Assembly: GCA_020725175.1 (NCBI GenBank)
Contig: DYFM01000001.1
Span: 65,504 to 129,503, forward strand
Length of the DNA stretch: 64,000 nucleotides
Reading direction: 5' to 3'
Source of the DNA: Candidatus Paceibacter sp.
Lineage (GTDB): Bacteria; Patescibacteriota; Patescibacteriia; Magasanikbacterales; UBA922
Part shown: positions 1 to 10,484 of the stretch, in pieces
Position numbering within the stretch: position 1 is the stretch's first letter
How the letters are laid out: every line of letters starts with the position of its first letter
Made by a program: the position numbers and the translations under genes
The notes under the pieces: generated by a model
The model's database searches: none
The model's input: only the letters and a program-made list of their open reading frames with translations
Told to the model about the DNA's origin: nothing

Positions 1-875
1 CCCCTCAACTTTGCAATTCGATCTTCAATCGGAGGATGAGTGGAAAACAGTGATGAAATTTTCTTTTTCTTGAATGGGTTTGAGATAAACAGGTGGGCTG
101 TGGCTGAGTTGGCGGTTTCGAGAGGTTGGTTTGATCGAGAAATTTTTTCGAGCGCTCGTGCCAAGCCTTCCGGATAGCGGGTCAATAGCGCACCGGAAGC
201 ATCGGCCAAGTATTCTCGTTTTCGAGAGACGGCCAGCTTGATCAGTTCGGCGATGAGTGGGGAGATAATCATAAGTACAATACCAACAATCATGAGTATT
301 GCTCCCAGTTGTCCGCCCTTACTGTCTGAATCTCGTCCACCACCAAAAAAGCGAACACGGAAAAACATATCGGCCAGAAGTGTAATCGCGCCGACTAAGA
401 CAATGACGATCGTCATAACACGAATATCATAGTTTTTGATGTGAGAAAGTTCGTGCGCGACAACTCCTTCCAGTTCTTCATTTTCAAGAGCATTGATGAT
501 ACCGGTAGTAAAAGCAATAGACGCATGTTCCGGATCACGACCGGTCGCAAAGGCATTGAGAGCGGGGGAGTCGATAATGTAGACCTTTGGCATCGGCATA
601 CCGGCGGTAATGACTAGGTTTTCGACCATGCGATATACGTATGGATTGTCTTCTTTTTTAATTGGTTTGGCTCCGGTTGACGCAAGAGCGATTTTGTCGC
701 CTTGAAAATACGAGACGAGGGTCATGATAAAGGAGAGAATAAGCGCAAAGCCCATGGCACCGTAGCCATAATCAAGATACTCGGCGGCGATATATCCAAG
801 GACCATGATGAAGGCGATAAAAATCATGATGAGGAGAACTGTTTTTCGTTTGTTGTGGGTGATTTCTGAGTACAT
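1..875 (-). CDS. htpX: M48 zinc metalloprotease HtpX (3' end runs off the window)
   Basis: Manual minus-strand translation from ATG at 875: MYSEITHNKRKT... NAFATG, HELSH (HExxH), SRKREYLADA, LFSTHPPIEDRI. Open to the window edge, so absent from the ORF track. Confidence 0.93.
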   Translation of the reverse strand, partial: MYSEITHNKRKTVLLIMIFIAFIMVLGYIAAEYLDYGYGAMGFALILSFIMTLVSYFQGDKIALASTGAKPIKKEDNPYVYRMVENLVITAGMPMPKVYIIDSPALNAFATGRDPEHASIAFTTGIINALENEELEGVVAHELSHIKNYDIRVMTIVIVLVGAITLLADMFFRVRFFGGGRDSDSKGGQLGAILMIVGIVLMIISPLIAELIKLAVSRKREYLADASGALLTRYPEGLARALEKISRSNQPLETANSATAHLFISNPFKKKKISSLFSTHPPIEDRIAKLR

Positions 876-910
876 ATGACAATGATATGTTGTTAAAAAT
901 GTTAAGATTG

Positions 911-3835
911 TTAATGTCCTAAGTCTGAGGATATTTCTATTCCGTATTTTTTAAGTACTGTGATTTGTTCTATTGTTTTTTTTGTATATCCATGGACTAT
1001 TAAGTGTAACTCATTTATCTCAGATGCTTGTAATATTCTTCCAATTTGAGAATAATCCGGAAGTTTAAAATTTAAGTAATTATATTCAAATCTGAGTGTG
1101 AACCACTCTTCATCCATTGTTACGCTTACAGTATTGTTGTTTAGGGTATAAAAGTGATTAATATAAGTTGAAGCTTGAATAATATCTGTTGCCACTAACG
1201 TAATATCCCACATTGTGCTACTGCTAACAGGAGGAAACTCATTTTCAGGTAGTTTGCAGTTTTCTATTTCAAAATTTATTTTTCTTGTTTTAGAAGTTAC
1301 TTGTTGTGGCCAGTTTGATATGGATGAGTTTTCAATTGTAATTTGGTTAGCGTTCGGAAAAAATTCTAATAATTCCGGAAGTGAAATTGGGGTGTTGGTA
1401 TGTTTTATGGTTACTTTTTTTACTTTTTCTAGAATTTTTTTGTCCAGCTTGTCTACTACCGTTTTGTAATCATTAAAAAAAGCAATACTTATATCATCAA
1501 AAGAAAAACCAAATCGATTTATTTTTTTTACTATCTTGTCATATAGCTCTACCTTAAAAGGGATGTTAGGAAAACCGGTCATATCGATTACCAACCTTTC
1601 CTCCGTTACTATCCTATTAAGAGTTGAGTCAATAATGTATGTATCACCTAACTGTCGTTTTTCTTCAGGGGTCTGTGCAATATCAATTTTGTGTGTATCA
1701 TTTATATATAGAAAATCTTCAATGTTTTTATCTCTGTAAAGAAGTAGGTTTTCATGGTTGGGTAGTAGGTGTGAAACAATTGGCGTAATATCTGTACCTT
1801 CTTTGTGATTCGCTATGACCATGACTACTTCTTTGTGGGGATATTTTTTTTTCTGCAAATCAAGAAGTTTTCTTATTTTGTACAGATCAACGTTGGTATC
1901 TAAAAAAATTTTTTGCAAAGGTATTTTACTCAAAAGTTCAATGCTTTCTTCGGTTAGCGAATTGCTTGTATGATGATTAATCGAAATAGTAAAAGTAAAG
2001 TCGGGTTCATTTATTAGAAACTCATCAACTTTGATGAATAAGGTTTTAAGATCTTGGAGAAGATCTTCAGGTGAAATAGGTGTGTTTATGTCTAAGGCAA
2101 TTACCTTTTTTATCGCAAAGAATCCAATCACTCTGTCTAGTCTGTTTTCTTTGGAAAGTTTTTTATACGCTTCTATTTTTTCTAGAATTCTTTCGGCAAT
2201 CCTTGATTGGGTTTTAAAGTATTTACTTCCGGTTTTTTTGTTTTTGATTGGTGGTTGTAGAATTTCTTTTTCCGTATATTCCATCCATCCTTTTTGCCAA
2301 TAGGTTATAGCCCGGTCAAGCTCACCAGCTTCATCAATTTTTTTAATAGCCTGCATGATTGGATCGTTGAGACTTGGATCTGCTACTCCTTCTTTTTGAT
2401 TTTCTTCTTCTTGCACTAGACGTGGTAGAATCATTTGTGTAATAATGTACCGTGCATGGAGTTTGTGAGGCTCACTCTTTGTTTGTTCTTCTGTCTGAAA
2501 GTCTGTATTTTTATTTATACCCAATTTTTCTTCTACTTGTCTTTCTATGCTTATAGTGGGGGTGGTAATTATTTCTGCTGCCCTATGTAAAGAGCTTGTA
2601 TTTTTCACTGCTTTACCTGTCAATTCCTTGGCTAATTTTTCTCTTGCTACTTCAATACTTTTCTCTAACGGTTTTGCTGGAAATCCACCCTTTTTTTGTT
2701 GACTAGGTCTTGGAGGGGCTTGATGTTCATTCGTGTGAACCTTATTCTTTAATAAGTCTGGATCATACTCAGAAGCAAAACTGTCGCCTGGCTCTGAACT
2801 TCCTTTAAAGGTTTTTGTTGGTTTTGAATCACTAGGGTAAGAATAATTATCTGTTGATGTCCTCTCTTCCTTTATGTCTTGTATTAATTCGGTGTTTGGT
2901 TCACCGTACTTCTTATCCAAAATTGTATTATTGTTTTGCTCATTGATAATTGAAATTTCACTATATATTCCGAGCAATCCAAGGTGTGCGATTCGAGCAT
3001 CTTGAAATATTGTAGTTCCTTCTACCTCTGCTTCTTCTAATTCTTGGACATGTATTCCTGTTTGTACATTATAGTGTTTAGACTGGAATTCAATGATTGT
3101 CTGTACGTGACCTATTCCTTTCGTGTCAGGTGCATATAGTTGTAGCTTTACAGGTAAAGCTGGAAAAAGTGAAGAGAGTATTGCGGTCGTGAATTTACTT
3201 CTAGATTCACAGCTTGAAGTTCCGTTTAATAACAATTGTGAGAGTCTTGGACTTGTAGGGTTATAGTCAAAATTATTTCCCCTTTTTTTGTGTGTTTTGA
3301 TAGCGTAAATTTGTGGTTTTTTTATCTCCTTCATAACTTCCTGTGCAATATATAAAGGATCGGGGTTTTTTTCTTTCAACTCTTCAAACGTTTTTAACTT
3401 TAATAGATAGTTTAAATACGCATCCCTGGCTTCTTTGGCCGTAATTTTATCTTCCAAAAATTCTACTTGTAAAAAGTAAAGACCTAGATCAATTTTCTTG
3501 GTAAGTTCAGTATTTTGCTTTACTTCCTCAATATTTTTAACGCCCATTTGTTTCAGCAGGTCATCAATCAATTCCTCTTTGGATAGTGGTAAAAAAAGAA
3601 ATTCTTTCACCGATTCTCGATCATGTTTTTTTTGTTCATATTTATGCTCTGTTTCATCTTGCATTCTTTTTTCTAAAAGCTTTGTTTGTCTTTCATTGCC
3701 AACTGTCCTAACTCCTATCCCTGCCCCAACATGAAGACCGAGAGAAAGAAGTAGTCCTGTAACAAAACGTTTCATGTTTCTTCCACGAAATCGTTCAAAG
3801 GGGCTTTTGTATTCAGTAGGTTGTTCTCCTCGCAT
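911..3835 (-). CDS. Large AT-rich hypothetical protein: N-terminal TM anchor, possible transglutaminase-like domain, LRR-like C-terminus
   Basis: 974-aa ORF; TM segment LLLSLGLHVGAGIG; motifs GTSSCESRS and GIGHVQTIIEF; C-terminal segments such as LLEFFPNANQITIENSSI. Confidence 0.7.
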   Translation of the reverse strand: MRGEQPTEYKSPFERFRGRNMKRFVTGLLLSLGLHVGAGIGVRTVGNERQTKLLEKRMQDETEHKYEQKKHDRESVKEFLFLPLSKEELIDDLLKQMGVKNIEEVKQNTELTKKIDLGLYFLQVEFLEDKITAKEARDAYLNYLLKLKTFEELKEKNPDPLYIAQEVMKEIKKPQIYAIKTHKKRGNNFDYNPTSPRLSQLLLNGTSSCESRSKFTTAILSSLFPALPVKLQLYAPDTKGIGHVQTIIEFQSKHYNVQTGIHVQELEEAEVEGTTIFQDARIAHLGLLGIYSEISIINEQNNNTILDKKYGEPNTELIQDIKEERTSTDNYSYPSDSKPTKTFKGSSEPGDSFASEYDPDLLKNKVHTNEHQAPPRPSQQKKGGFPAKPLEKSIEVAREKLAKELTGKAVKNTSSLHRAAEIITTPTISIERQVEEKLGINKNTDFQTEEQTKSEPHKLHARYIITQMILPRLVQEEENQKEGVADPSLNDPIMQAIKKIDEAGELDRAITYWQKGWMEYTEKEILQPPIKNKKTGSKYFKTQSRIAERILEKIEAYKKLSKENRLDRVIGFFAIKKVIALDINTPISPEDLLQDLKTLFIKVDEFLINEPDFTFTISINHHTSNSLTEESIELLSKIPLQKIFLDTNVDLYKIRKLLDLQKKKYPHKEVVMVIANHKEGTDITPIVSHLLPNHENLLLYRDKNIEDFLYINDTHKIDIAQTPEEKRQLGDTYIIDSTLNRIVTEERLVIDMTGFPNIPFKVELYDKIVKKINRFGFSFDDISIAFFNDYKTVVDKLDKKILEKVKKVTIKHTNTPISLPELLEFFPNANQITIENSSISNWPQQVTSKTRKINFEIENCKLPENEFPPVSSSTMWDITLVATDIIQASTYINHFYTLNNNTVSVTMDEEWFTLRFEYNYLNFKLPDYSQIGRILQASEINELHLIVHGYTKKTIEQITVLKKYGIEISSDLGH

Positions 3836-3888
3836 AAGGTAAAAATAAAGTACTTATAGTATACAGCATTTCTCGCTCTTTGCAAGAC

Positions 3889-3913
3889 AAAAAACCCTCC
3901 AATCGGAGGGTTT
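3889..3913 (-). terminator. Intrinsic terminator after lemA
   Basis: AAACCCTCC-aatc-GGAGGGTTT hairpin; the A-run on + gives a U tail on the minus strand. Confidence 0.7.
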
Positions 3914-3962
3914 ACGTATCATTTTTAACTTCTTTGGTCTTTCAGACATGTTCAGACACTCA

Positions 3963-4526
3963 TTAAAACGAAACCTTCACATTCTCCCTCTCACTCGCGT
4001 CTTCAATCTCAAAGAACTCATACTTCTCAAACTTCAGCATGCCGGCAAAAATATTGTTTGGAAATGATTCGATTTTGGTGTTGAAATCACGTACCATACC
4101 GTTGTAAAAGCGGCGAGCGGCTTGAATTTTGTTTTCTGTGTCAGAGAGTTCATCCATGAGTTGGGCGACATTGGTGTTTGCTTTTAGATCAGGATAAGCC
4201 TCAACAGCAATCTGAAGTTGACCGAGCATTCCGCCAAGCATGCCTTCGGCTTGGGCAAGACCCTTGGTATCACCAGCTTTTTGTGCGTCAAGAGCTTTTG
4301 AACGATACTGGGTAATTTTTTCGAGAAGCTCACGTTCATGCTTCATGTACCCTTTGACACTTTCGAGTAAGTTTGGAATCAAGTCATGACGACGTTTGAG
4401 TTGGACATCAATGTCACTCCATCCTTCTTTTACTTGATTACGCATGCGAATAAGGCTGTTGTATAGAACAATGAGCCAAAGAGCGAGGAGTACTATGACC
4501 CCAAGAACGATAAAGAGACCGAGCAT
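3963..4526 (-). CDS. lemA: LemA family protein
   Basis: N-terminal TM, then YNSLI..WSDIDVQLKRRHDLIPNL, EAYPDLKAN, ENKIQAARRFYN, FPNNIFA. Confidence 0.96.
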   Translation of the reverse strand: MLGLFIVLGVIVLLALWLIVLYNSLIRMRNQVKEGWSDIDVQLKRRHDLIPNLLESVKGYMKHERELLEKITQYRSKALDAQKAGDTKGLAQAEGMLGGMLGQLQIAVEAYPDLKANTNVAQLMDELSDTENKIQAARRFYNGMVRDFNTKIESFPNNIFAGMLKFEKYEFFEIEDASERENVKVSF

Positions 4527-4782
4527 AGATAAAAGGCTTACGAGGCTTCCTAGGCTTATTAAGCTTACGAGGCCGATTGAATAAATTTATCAATAAATGA
4601 ATGTTAGGTCGAGAATTTTCTGAAAAACTTGCCAACTTGCAGGCTTGTCAACTTGCTAACTGTGTACCAACAAATATGTGACGCTGGTAGATATTGAGAG
4701 CTGGTACTCTCTAGACATTAGGATGAATATGTGTCATAATACTAGCGTTATTTTACGGAATAATTAGATTATTGTCAATATT

Positions 4783-5958
4783 ATGCTGATTACTATTGTC
4801 GTATTTATCCTCATCCTGAGTTTGTTGGTGTTTGTTCATGAGTGGGGTCATTTTTATACAGCGAGAAAGGCGGGGATGAAAGTATATGAGTTTGGGTTTG
4901 GATTTCCTCCACGCGCTATTGGTTGGTACAAGGATCCGGCTACTAAAAAGTGGATACGAGTGCTTGGGGCCGGAAAAGGTTCGCTCAAAGAGACGGTCGG
5001 TGGGGATGAGCGAATTCAGGAATTTCCCTCAACTCTTTATTCCATCAACTGGCTACCGCTCGGTGGATTTGTAAAGATAAAAGGAGAAAGTGGAGAAGCG
5101 CGTGGTGAAACCGATAGTTTTGTGTCAAAAAAGATTTGGCAACGACTGGTGGTTTTGGTGGCTGGTGTCACTATGAACTTCTTACTGGCTGGGGTTATTT
5201 TGGCTGGTGTCCTGATGGCAGGGGTAGATAAAGATTTGGTAAGTTTTGATCCGTATGCATCACGTTTGATCGAAAATCCAACCGTGAACATAAAATCTGT
5301 TCAAGAAAATACTCCGGCGGCTGAGGCTGGCTTGCAATCAGGAGATATCATCCTTTCACTTGATGGAACACCGGTGACCAATAACATACAAATGATTACG
5401 TATGTTATGTCACAGGGAGAAAAGGAAATCGAAGTAGTCTTGAACAGAAATGGTGAACAGCTTACCAAGACATTGACACCACAAGTAGTTGAAATTGAGG
5501 GGCAACAAATTCCTCGCCTTGGGGTTGAGTTGGTTATGGAAGATGTGCGGTTACCTTGGTATCAGGCGATCTATCAAGGATTTGCTTGGGCAGCCTTTTT
5601 GATACAGTATATTTTCTTTGCAATTTTGGCTTTGATAAAAAGTTTGGTGTTGGGACAAGGCGTGACACAGGATGTTGGTGGTCCGGTAGCGATTGCGTCT
5701 GTGGTTGGTCAAAGTGCGCGAATGGGGTTATCATATTTGGCGTATGTGACAGCGCAGATTTCTTTGAGTTTGGCGGTCATAAATATTTTGCCAATTCCGG
5801 CGCTTGACGGTGGACGTGCTTTATTCGTGATTGTAGAAAAAATTATTCGACGACCGGTGCCGATGAAATACGAACAAGCGGCCCACACGATTGGGTTTAT
5901 TCTTCTCATGATCTTGATTGTACTTGTGACGGTGCGGGATGTAAGAGGGTTGTTTTAG
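4783..5958 (+). CDS. rseP: RIP metalloprotease RseP (M50 plus PDZ)
   Basis: HEWGH, LPLGGFVKI, AGVTMN, PDZ (TPAAEAGLQSGD), NILPIPALDGG. Confidence 0.95.
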   Translation: MLITIVVFILILSLLVFVHEWGHFYTARKAGMKVYEFGFGFPPRAIGWYKDPATKKWIRVLGAGKGSLKETVGGDERIQEFPSTLYSINWLPLGGFVKIKGESGEARGETDSFVSKKIWQRLVVLVAGVTMNFLLAGVILAGVLMAGVDKDLVSFDPYASRLIENPTVNIKSVQENTPAAEAGLQSGDIILSLDGTPVTNNIQMITYVMSQGEKEIEVVLNRNGEQLTKTLTPQVVEIEGQQIPRLGVELVMEDVRLPWYQAIYQGFAWAAFLIQYIFFAILALIKSLVLGQGVTQDVGGPVAIASVVGQSARMGLSYLAYVTAQISLSLAVINILPIPALDGGRALFVIVEKIIRRPVPMKYEQAAHTIGFILLMILIVLVTVRDVRGLF

Positions 5959-5959
5959 T

Positions 5960-6424
5960 ATGGTAACTGAGCCTGTTGATTTTGATAAGCAAAGAGTAAT
6001 AAAATTTTTAAGTGAAGTATTTGATAATGCTTATCCTAAATCCGAAGTACGTGGTGATGCTATTTATGGTGTTAACAGAAAGATGTTGTTTGATGAGTAT
6101 CAACAAATTGTTGAGAAATGGTATGAACATTTGAAAAATCAAATGGATGAAAGATGGTTGGAAACAAATGAAAATCAAGCGTTGAAGCCTTTAACGTTCA
6201 TAGATAGGATTCAAATAGTTTTTGAAGCAGTTACGGAAGAATATCTTTTGCCAATTATTGATACCTCGGAAGAGTCTATTGTAGATGAAGATCGCGAAGC
6301 TCAATTAGTTTTATTGGAAGAACTAGAAAAAGTTTTTTTAGAAAAAAAGAAAGGTTTAACAGCAGAGCGATCGGAGCCTTTTCTGAGTGAACCCAGTTCA
6401 TTAAGTGATTATAAGACAAAGTAA
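5960..6424 (+). CDS. Hypothetical protein (AT-rich, acidic)
   Basis: 154-aa ORF starting 1 nt after the rseP stop; no recognisable motif. Confidence 0.6.
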   Translation: MVTEPVDFDKQRVIKFLSEVFDNAYPKSEVRGDAIYGVNRKMLFDEYQQIVEKWYEHLKNQMDERWLETNENQALKPLTFIDRIQIVFEAVTEEYLLPIIDTSEESIVDEDREAQLVLLEELEKVFLEKKKGLTAERSEPFLSEPSSLSDYKTK

Positions 6425-6503
6425 GAATTATGGCTAGTAATTAATATGGCAATCGGAAATTTAGAAAAAATAGAGATAAAAAAACAGTTAGAAACAATTG
6501 TAG

Positions 6504-6866
6504 ATGAAGTCTTCCGCGGTTTTCCATCTGATTCAGAAGGGGGGGGGAAGATTTTCTGAGTTTGGAAACACAAGGGGATTAAAGGAGGAGATTTGTAAAA
6601 TTGTTGATCAGGGCGAATCTTCTAATGAAATACTTGAAGCACTCAATAAATGTATCGATGAAGAAAAGATTGGATTAGGTGTAAGAGGTGATTTTTTCAA
6701 GAATAATAATCTTGAAAGAGATACTGTAAAATCAATATTGGAGTTACTTAGAAGTAGGCTTCAAGAGACTGTGAGAAATTGTGAGTTGAGTTTACGGGAA
6801 GGTGCGTCACGTGAAAAGGGTGGAAATGTAATACATATTGATTTTAAAAACAGAACGAAGAAATAA
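6504..6866 (+). CDS. Hypothetical protein; may be frameshifted from ATG 6446 at a G9 run
   Basis: 120-aa ORF; the upstream ATG at 6446 joins this frame if G9 (6539-6547) is G8. Confidence 0.5.
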   Translation: MKSSAVFHLIQKGGGRFSEFGNTRGLKEEICKIVDQGESSNEILEALNKCIDEEKIGLGVRGDFFKNNNLERDTVKSILELLRSRLQETVRNCELSLREGASREKGGNVIHIDFKNRTKK

Positions 6867-6889
6867 ATAGTTTTTGAAATTAACCTTAT

Positions 6890-7921
6890 ATGAATGTAGA
6901 GATTAAAAATTTAAAACATAAATTTCAGCAAGCAATTGATGAGGTAAATGATTTTATAAAATTGGAAGAAGTATACCAGTTATTTTTTGGTCGCAAGTCT
7001 GGCGAGCTAACGGAAATCATGAAAAACTTGAAAGAACTGTCCGGAGAAGCCCGAAAAGAAATGGGGAAACTCATTAATGAAGTAAAGACTGAACTAGAAG
7101 ATATCTATAGTAAGAAAAAAGTAGCACTCCAGGCTGAATCATGGAAAAATATTGCAACCACCGAAGCGATTGATGTGACCCAACCAAAAATTCCGGCAAC
7201 AGAAGTTGGGCATATGCACCCGATTACACAAATTCAACAGCAAATTGAACAATTTTTTATTTCCATGGGATTTATGATTGTTGATGGACCGGAGCTGGAA
7301 AGTGATTATTACAATTTTACCGCTCTCAACATGCCACCAGACCATCCGGCACGAGATATGCAGGATACATTTTACATCAAAGGCCATGGGGATTGGGTCA
7401 TGCGCACGCAGACCTCTCCGGTGCAGGTACGGGCCATGCAAGACTATGGTGTGCCACTCAGAATGTTGGTTCCGGGGCGAGTATTTCGTAATGAGGCAAC
7501 TGACGCGCGACATGAACACACCTTTTATCAGGTGGAAGGTATGGTGGTTGATCGAAATATTACCTTTGGTGATATGAAAGGAACGCTGGAAGCCTTGGCA
7601 AAACATCTCTACGGCGAAGAAACAAAGATGCGCCTACGACCAAAACTCTATCCGTTTGTGGAGCCGGGAGTCAATGGAGAGGTAACCTGTTATTTGTGCA
7701 AAGGTGACGGGTGTCGTGTCTGTAAACAAACCGGTTGGCTCGAAATTTTTGGTGCCGGTATGGTGCACCCCGAGGTTCTAAAAGCCGGTGGAGTAGATCC
7801 GGAGGAATTTGGCGGATTTGCGTTTGGACTTGGATTGAACCGACTGGTTATGTTGAAATATGGAATTGAAGATATCCGGCATTTTATGTCAGGTGATATG
7901 AGATTTTTGGGGCAGTTTTAA
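6890..7921 (+). CDS. pheS: Phenylalanine--tRNA ligase alpha subunit
   Basis: HPARDMQDTFY, RTQTSPVQ, PGRVFRNE, YPFVEP, GFAFGLG. Confidence 0.98.
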   Translation: MNVEIKNLKHKFQQAIDEVNDFIKLEEVYQLFFGRKSGELTEIMKNLKELSGEARKEMGKLINEVKTELEDIYSKKKVALQAESWKNIATTEAIDVTQPKIPATEVGHMHPITQIQQQIEQFFISMGFMIVDGPELESDYYNFTALNMPPDHPARDMQDTFYIKGHGDWVMRTQTSPVQVRAMQDYGVPLRMLVPGRVFRNEATDARHEHTFYQVEGMVVDRNITFGDMKGTLEALAKHLYGEETKMRLRPKLYPFVEPGVNGEVTCYLCKGDGCRVCKQTGWLEIFGAGMVHPEVLKAGGVDPEEFGGFAFGLGLNRLVMLKYGIEDIRHFMSGDMRFLGQF

Positions 7922-8026
7922 CATTTACACGTGGTACATCATGGTCATCTTGGGATATCTGTGTGCCATAAATAAGGACACAGATTTGCCGAGATTACCT
8001 AGATTGCCCATGATTATGTTTTGATT

Positions 8027-10483
8027 ATGTATATCAGTAAACAATGGCTCAAACAATTTATTCCCGAACTCGAAACTATCACGGATGAAGATATTGCTCG
8101 CAGTCTCACCATGAAAACAGTTGAAGTGGAGGGTGTGGAAAAACAGGGGGAGTTTCTTCATAATGTCGTTGTGGGACAAGTACTGTCATGTGAAAAACAT
8201 CCTGATGCGGATAAACTGAAACTGTGTCGGGTGGATATTGGGACTGAAACAGTGCAAATTGTGTGTGGTGGGAGTAATGTCCGTGAAGGAATGAAAGTGG
8301 CATTGGGGAAAATTGGTGCCAAAGTTCGTTGGCATGGAGAGGGGGAGCTTGTTGAGCTAGTTAAAGCAAAAATTCGTGGGGTTGAATCCTACGGAATGAT
8401 TTGTGCGGCCGACGAAATAGGGCTTGGAGATATATTTCTCAAGCAAGATGAGGCAGAGATCTTGGATTTGAGTTATATAGAAGCCCCGGTAGGCACTCCG
8501 CTTGCAGACGCTCTCGGTCAGAATGATGTTATTTTTGATATTGATAACAAATCATTGTCCAATCGGCCAGACTTGTTTGGTCAATACGGCATAGCACGAG
8601 AAGTGGCTGCAATTCACAAACTGGATCTAAAACCCTATGAGGTTCCGACTATTCCAAAAGGCAAAGGACTTGACCTATCTGTTTCTCTTGAGGCACCCGA
8701 GGCGTGTCTCCGATATATGGCGGTGGCGATTGATGGGGTTGAAGTCAAAGATTCACCGGTATGGATGCAGGAACGCCTACGGGCCGTAGGAATTCGTCCG
8801 ATCAATACTATTGTAGATATTACGAATTATGTCATGATGGAACTTGGTCAGCCTATGCACGCGTTTGATGTTGCGCAGTTAGCAAGGAATAAGAAACAAG
8901 GAGCAAGTGTTTTGGTACGAAGAGCGGTAGAAGGTGAAACGTTTGTGACCTTGGATGAGAAAGAGCATGTGTTGAGTTCTGAGATGTTGGTGATTGCTGA
9001 TCAAGAAAAACCAATTGCGATTGCCGGGGTGATGGGTGGAAAAAATAGTGAAATTTCAGATACGACCAAAACAATTATTTTTGAATCAGCTACATTTGAC
9101 GCAAAATCTATTCGTCAAACATCAACTGCACTTGGAATCCGTACCGATTCTTCCACTCGTTTTGAAAAAAGCCAAGATCCGATTAAAGCAGAGGTTGGTT
9201 TGAAGCGAGCGGTTGAATTGACGCTTGAGTTGTGTCCAAACGCAACGGTGGTAAGTTCAGTTTTTGATGAAGGGGTGTGGCAGGTAGCACATGGACCACT
9301 TCAAGTTTCACTCAAATTTATTCAAGAAAAAATTGGTGTCGAAATTCCTCGAGCAGAAATTTTAGACATTCTTACTCGACTTGGATTTGACGTGAAAGAA
9401 AAACAAGATGTTTTTACTATTACCATACCATCGTGGCGGGCAACCAAGGACATTTCAATTCCGGAAGATGTGGTGGAAGAAATTATTCGTATGTATGGCT
9501 ATGAACAGGTACCGTCTACTATGCCGGTAGCGAGTCTTACTCCACCGCCAAAAAATGCACTTCGAGCACTGGAACATCGTGTGAGAGAACTGTTGGCATA
9601 TGAGGGGTCATTTACAGAAGTGTACAGCTATTCTTTTAATGCACCGGAACTATTGAATGGGGTCGGTGAAAATTTGGATGATTATCTTGAGCTTGAAAAC
9701 CCAATTGCTAAAGATCGACCGTTTATTCGACGTCGGCTGGTATACGGACTGCTTGAACATGTGGAAAAAAATGTCCATCGATTTGATACTGTGAAAATGT
9801 TTGAGGTTGGGAAGGTGTTTTCCAAACATGAACCAGGTGATGCGGTAATCAATGGAGAGCCCGAGCGACTACCAAAACAAGATACACTGCTGGGCGCGGT
9901 CTATGCCAAAAAGGGCGATGATCTGCCATTTGCCGAACTGCTGTCTGTGTTCGAGCAACTTTGTGAACGACTTGGGGTGTCGGCTCAGACGCAAAAGTCG
10001 CCGGTTTTTGAAATAGCTATCGCGCATCCGGGACGATACGCAGATATAGTGGTCAGCGGTACCGTGGTTGGGTATATTACCGAGCTTCATCCGGCGCAAC
10101 AAGAGCGGTTTGGAATTCCGTACCGAGTTGCTCTTTTGGAAATCAATCTCAATGATCTCCTGTCGCTTGTTCAAGAAAAAGAACAATATGAACCGCTTTC
10201 TCTGTATCCGGCAGTAGAGCGGGATATTGCAATTGTTGTTGAGAGGTCAACTGAACATGCTACACTCCAACAGGCAATTCAAGAGGTAAATCCGCTGATT
10301 GTAGCAGTAGAATTGTTTGATGTGTATCAGGGAGATACCGTAGGAGAAGGAAAAAAGAGTATGGCGTATCATGTGGTCTATCAATCAAAAGAAAAGACGC
10401 TTGAAGCGGGTGAAGTGGAAAAGGTGCATAGAGAAGTGATCAGTATGTTGGAAAAGAAATTTGGCGCGGAAATGCGGAAGTAG
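8027..10483 (+). CDS. pheT: Phenylalanine--tRNA ligase beta subunit
   Basis: KHPDADKL, IVCGGSN, SNRPD, VDITNYVM, GQPMHAFD, RFEK, C-terminal FDX-ACB (ERDIAIVV..FDVYQG). Confidence 0.98.
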   Translation: MYISKQWLKQFIPELETITDEDIARSLTMKTVEVEGVEKQGEFLHNVVVGQVLSCEKHPDADKLKLCRVDIGTETVQIVCGGSNVREGMKVALGKIGAKVRWHGEGELVELVKAKIRGVESYGMICAADEIGLGDIFLKQDEAEILDLSYIEAPVGTPLADALGQNDVIFDIDNKSLSNRPDLFGQYGIAREVAAIHKLDLKPYEVPTIPKGKGLDLSVSLEAPEACLRYMAVAIDGVEVKDSPVWMQERLRAVGIRPINTIVDITNYVMMELGQPMHAFDVAQLARNKKQGASVLVRRAVEGETFVTLDEKEHVLSSEMLVIADQEKPIAIAGVMGGKNSEISDTTKTIIFESATFDAKSIRQTSTALGIRTDSSTRFEKSQDPIKAEVGLKRAVELTLELCPNATVVSSVFDEGVWQVAHGPLQVSLKFIQEKIGVEIPRAEILDILTRLGFDVKEKQDVFTITIPSWRATKDISIPEDVVEEIIRMYGYEQVPSTMPVASLTPPPKNALRALEHRVRELLAYEGSFTEVYSYSFNAPELLNGVGENLDDYLELENPIAKDRPFIRRRLVYGLLEHVEKNVHRFDTVKMFEVGKVFSKHEPGDAVINGEPERLPKQDTLLGAVYAKKGDDLPFAELLSVFEQLCERLGVSAQTQKSPVFEIAIAHPGRYADIVVSGTVVGYITELHPAQQERFGIPYRVALLEINLNDLLSLVQEKEQYEPLSLYPAVERDIAIVVERSTEHATLQQAIQEVNPLIVAVELFDVYQGDTVGEGKKSMAYHVVYQSKEKTLEAGEVEKVHREVISMLEKKFGAEMRK

Positions 10484-10484
10484 T

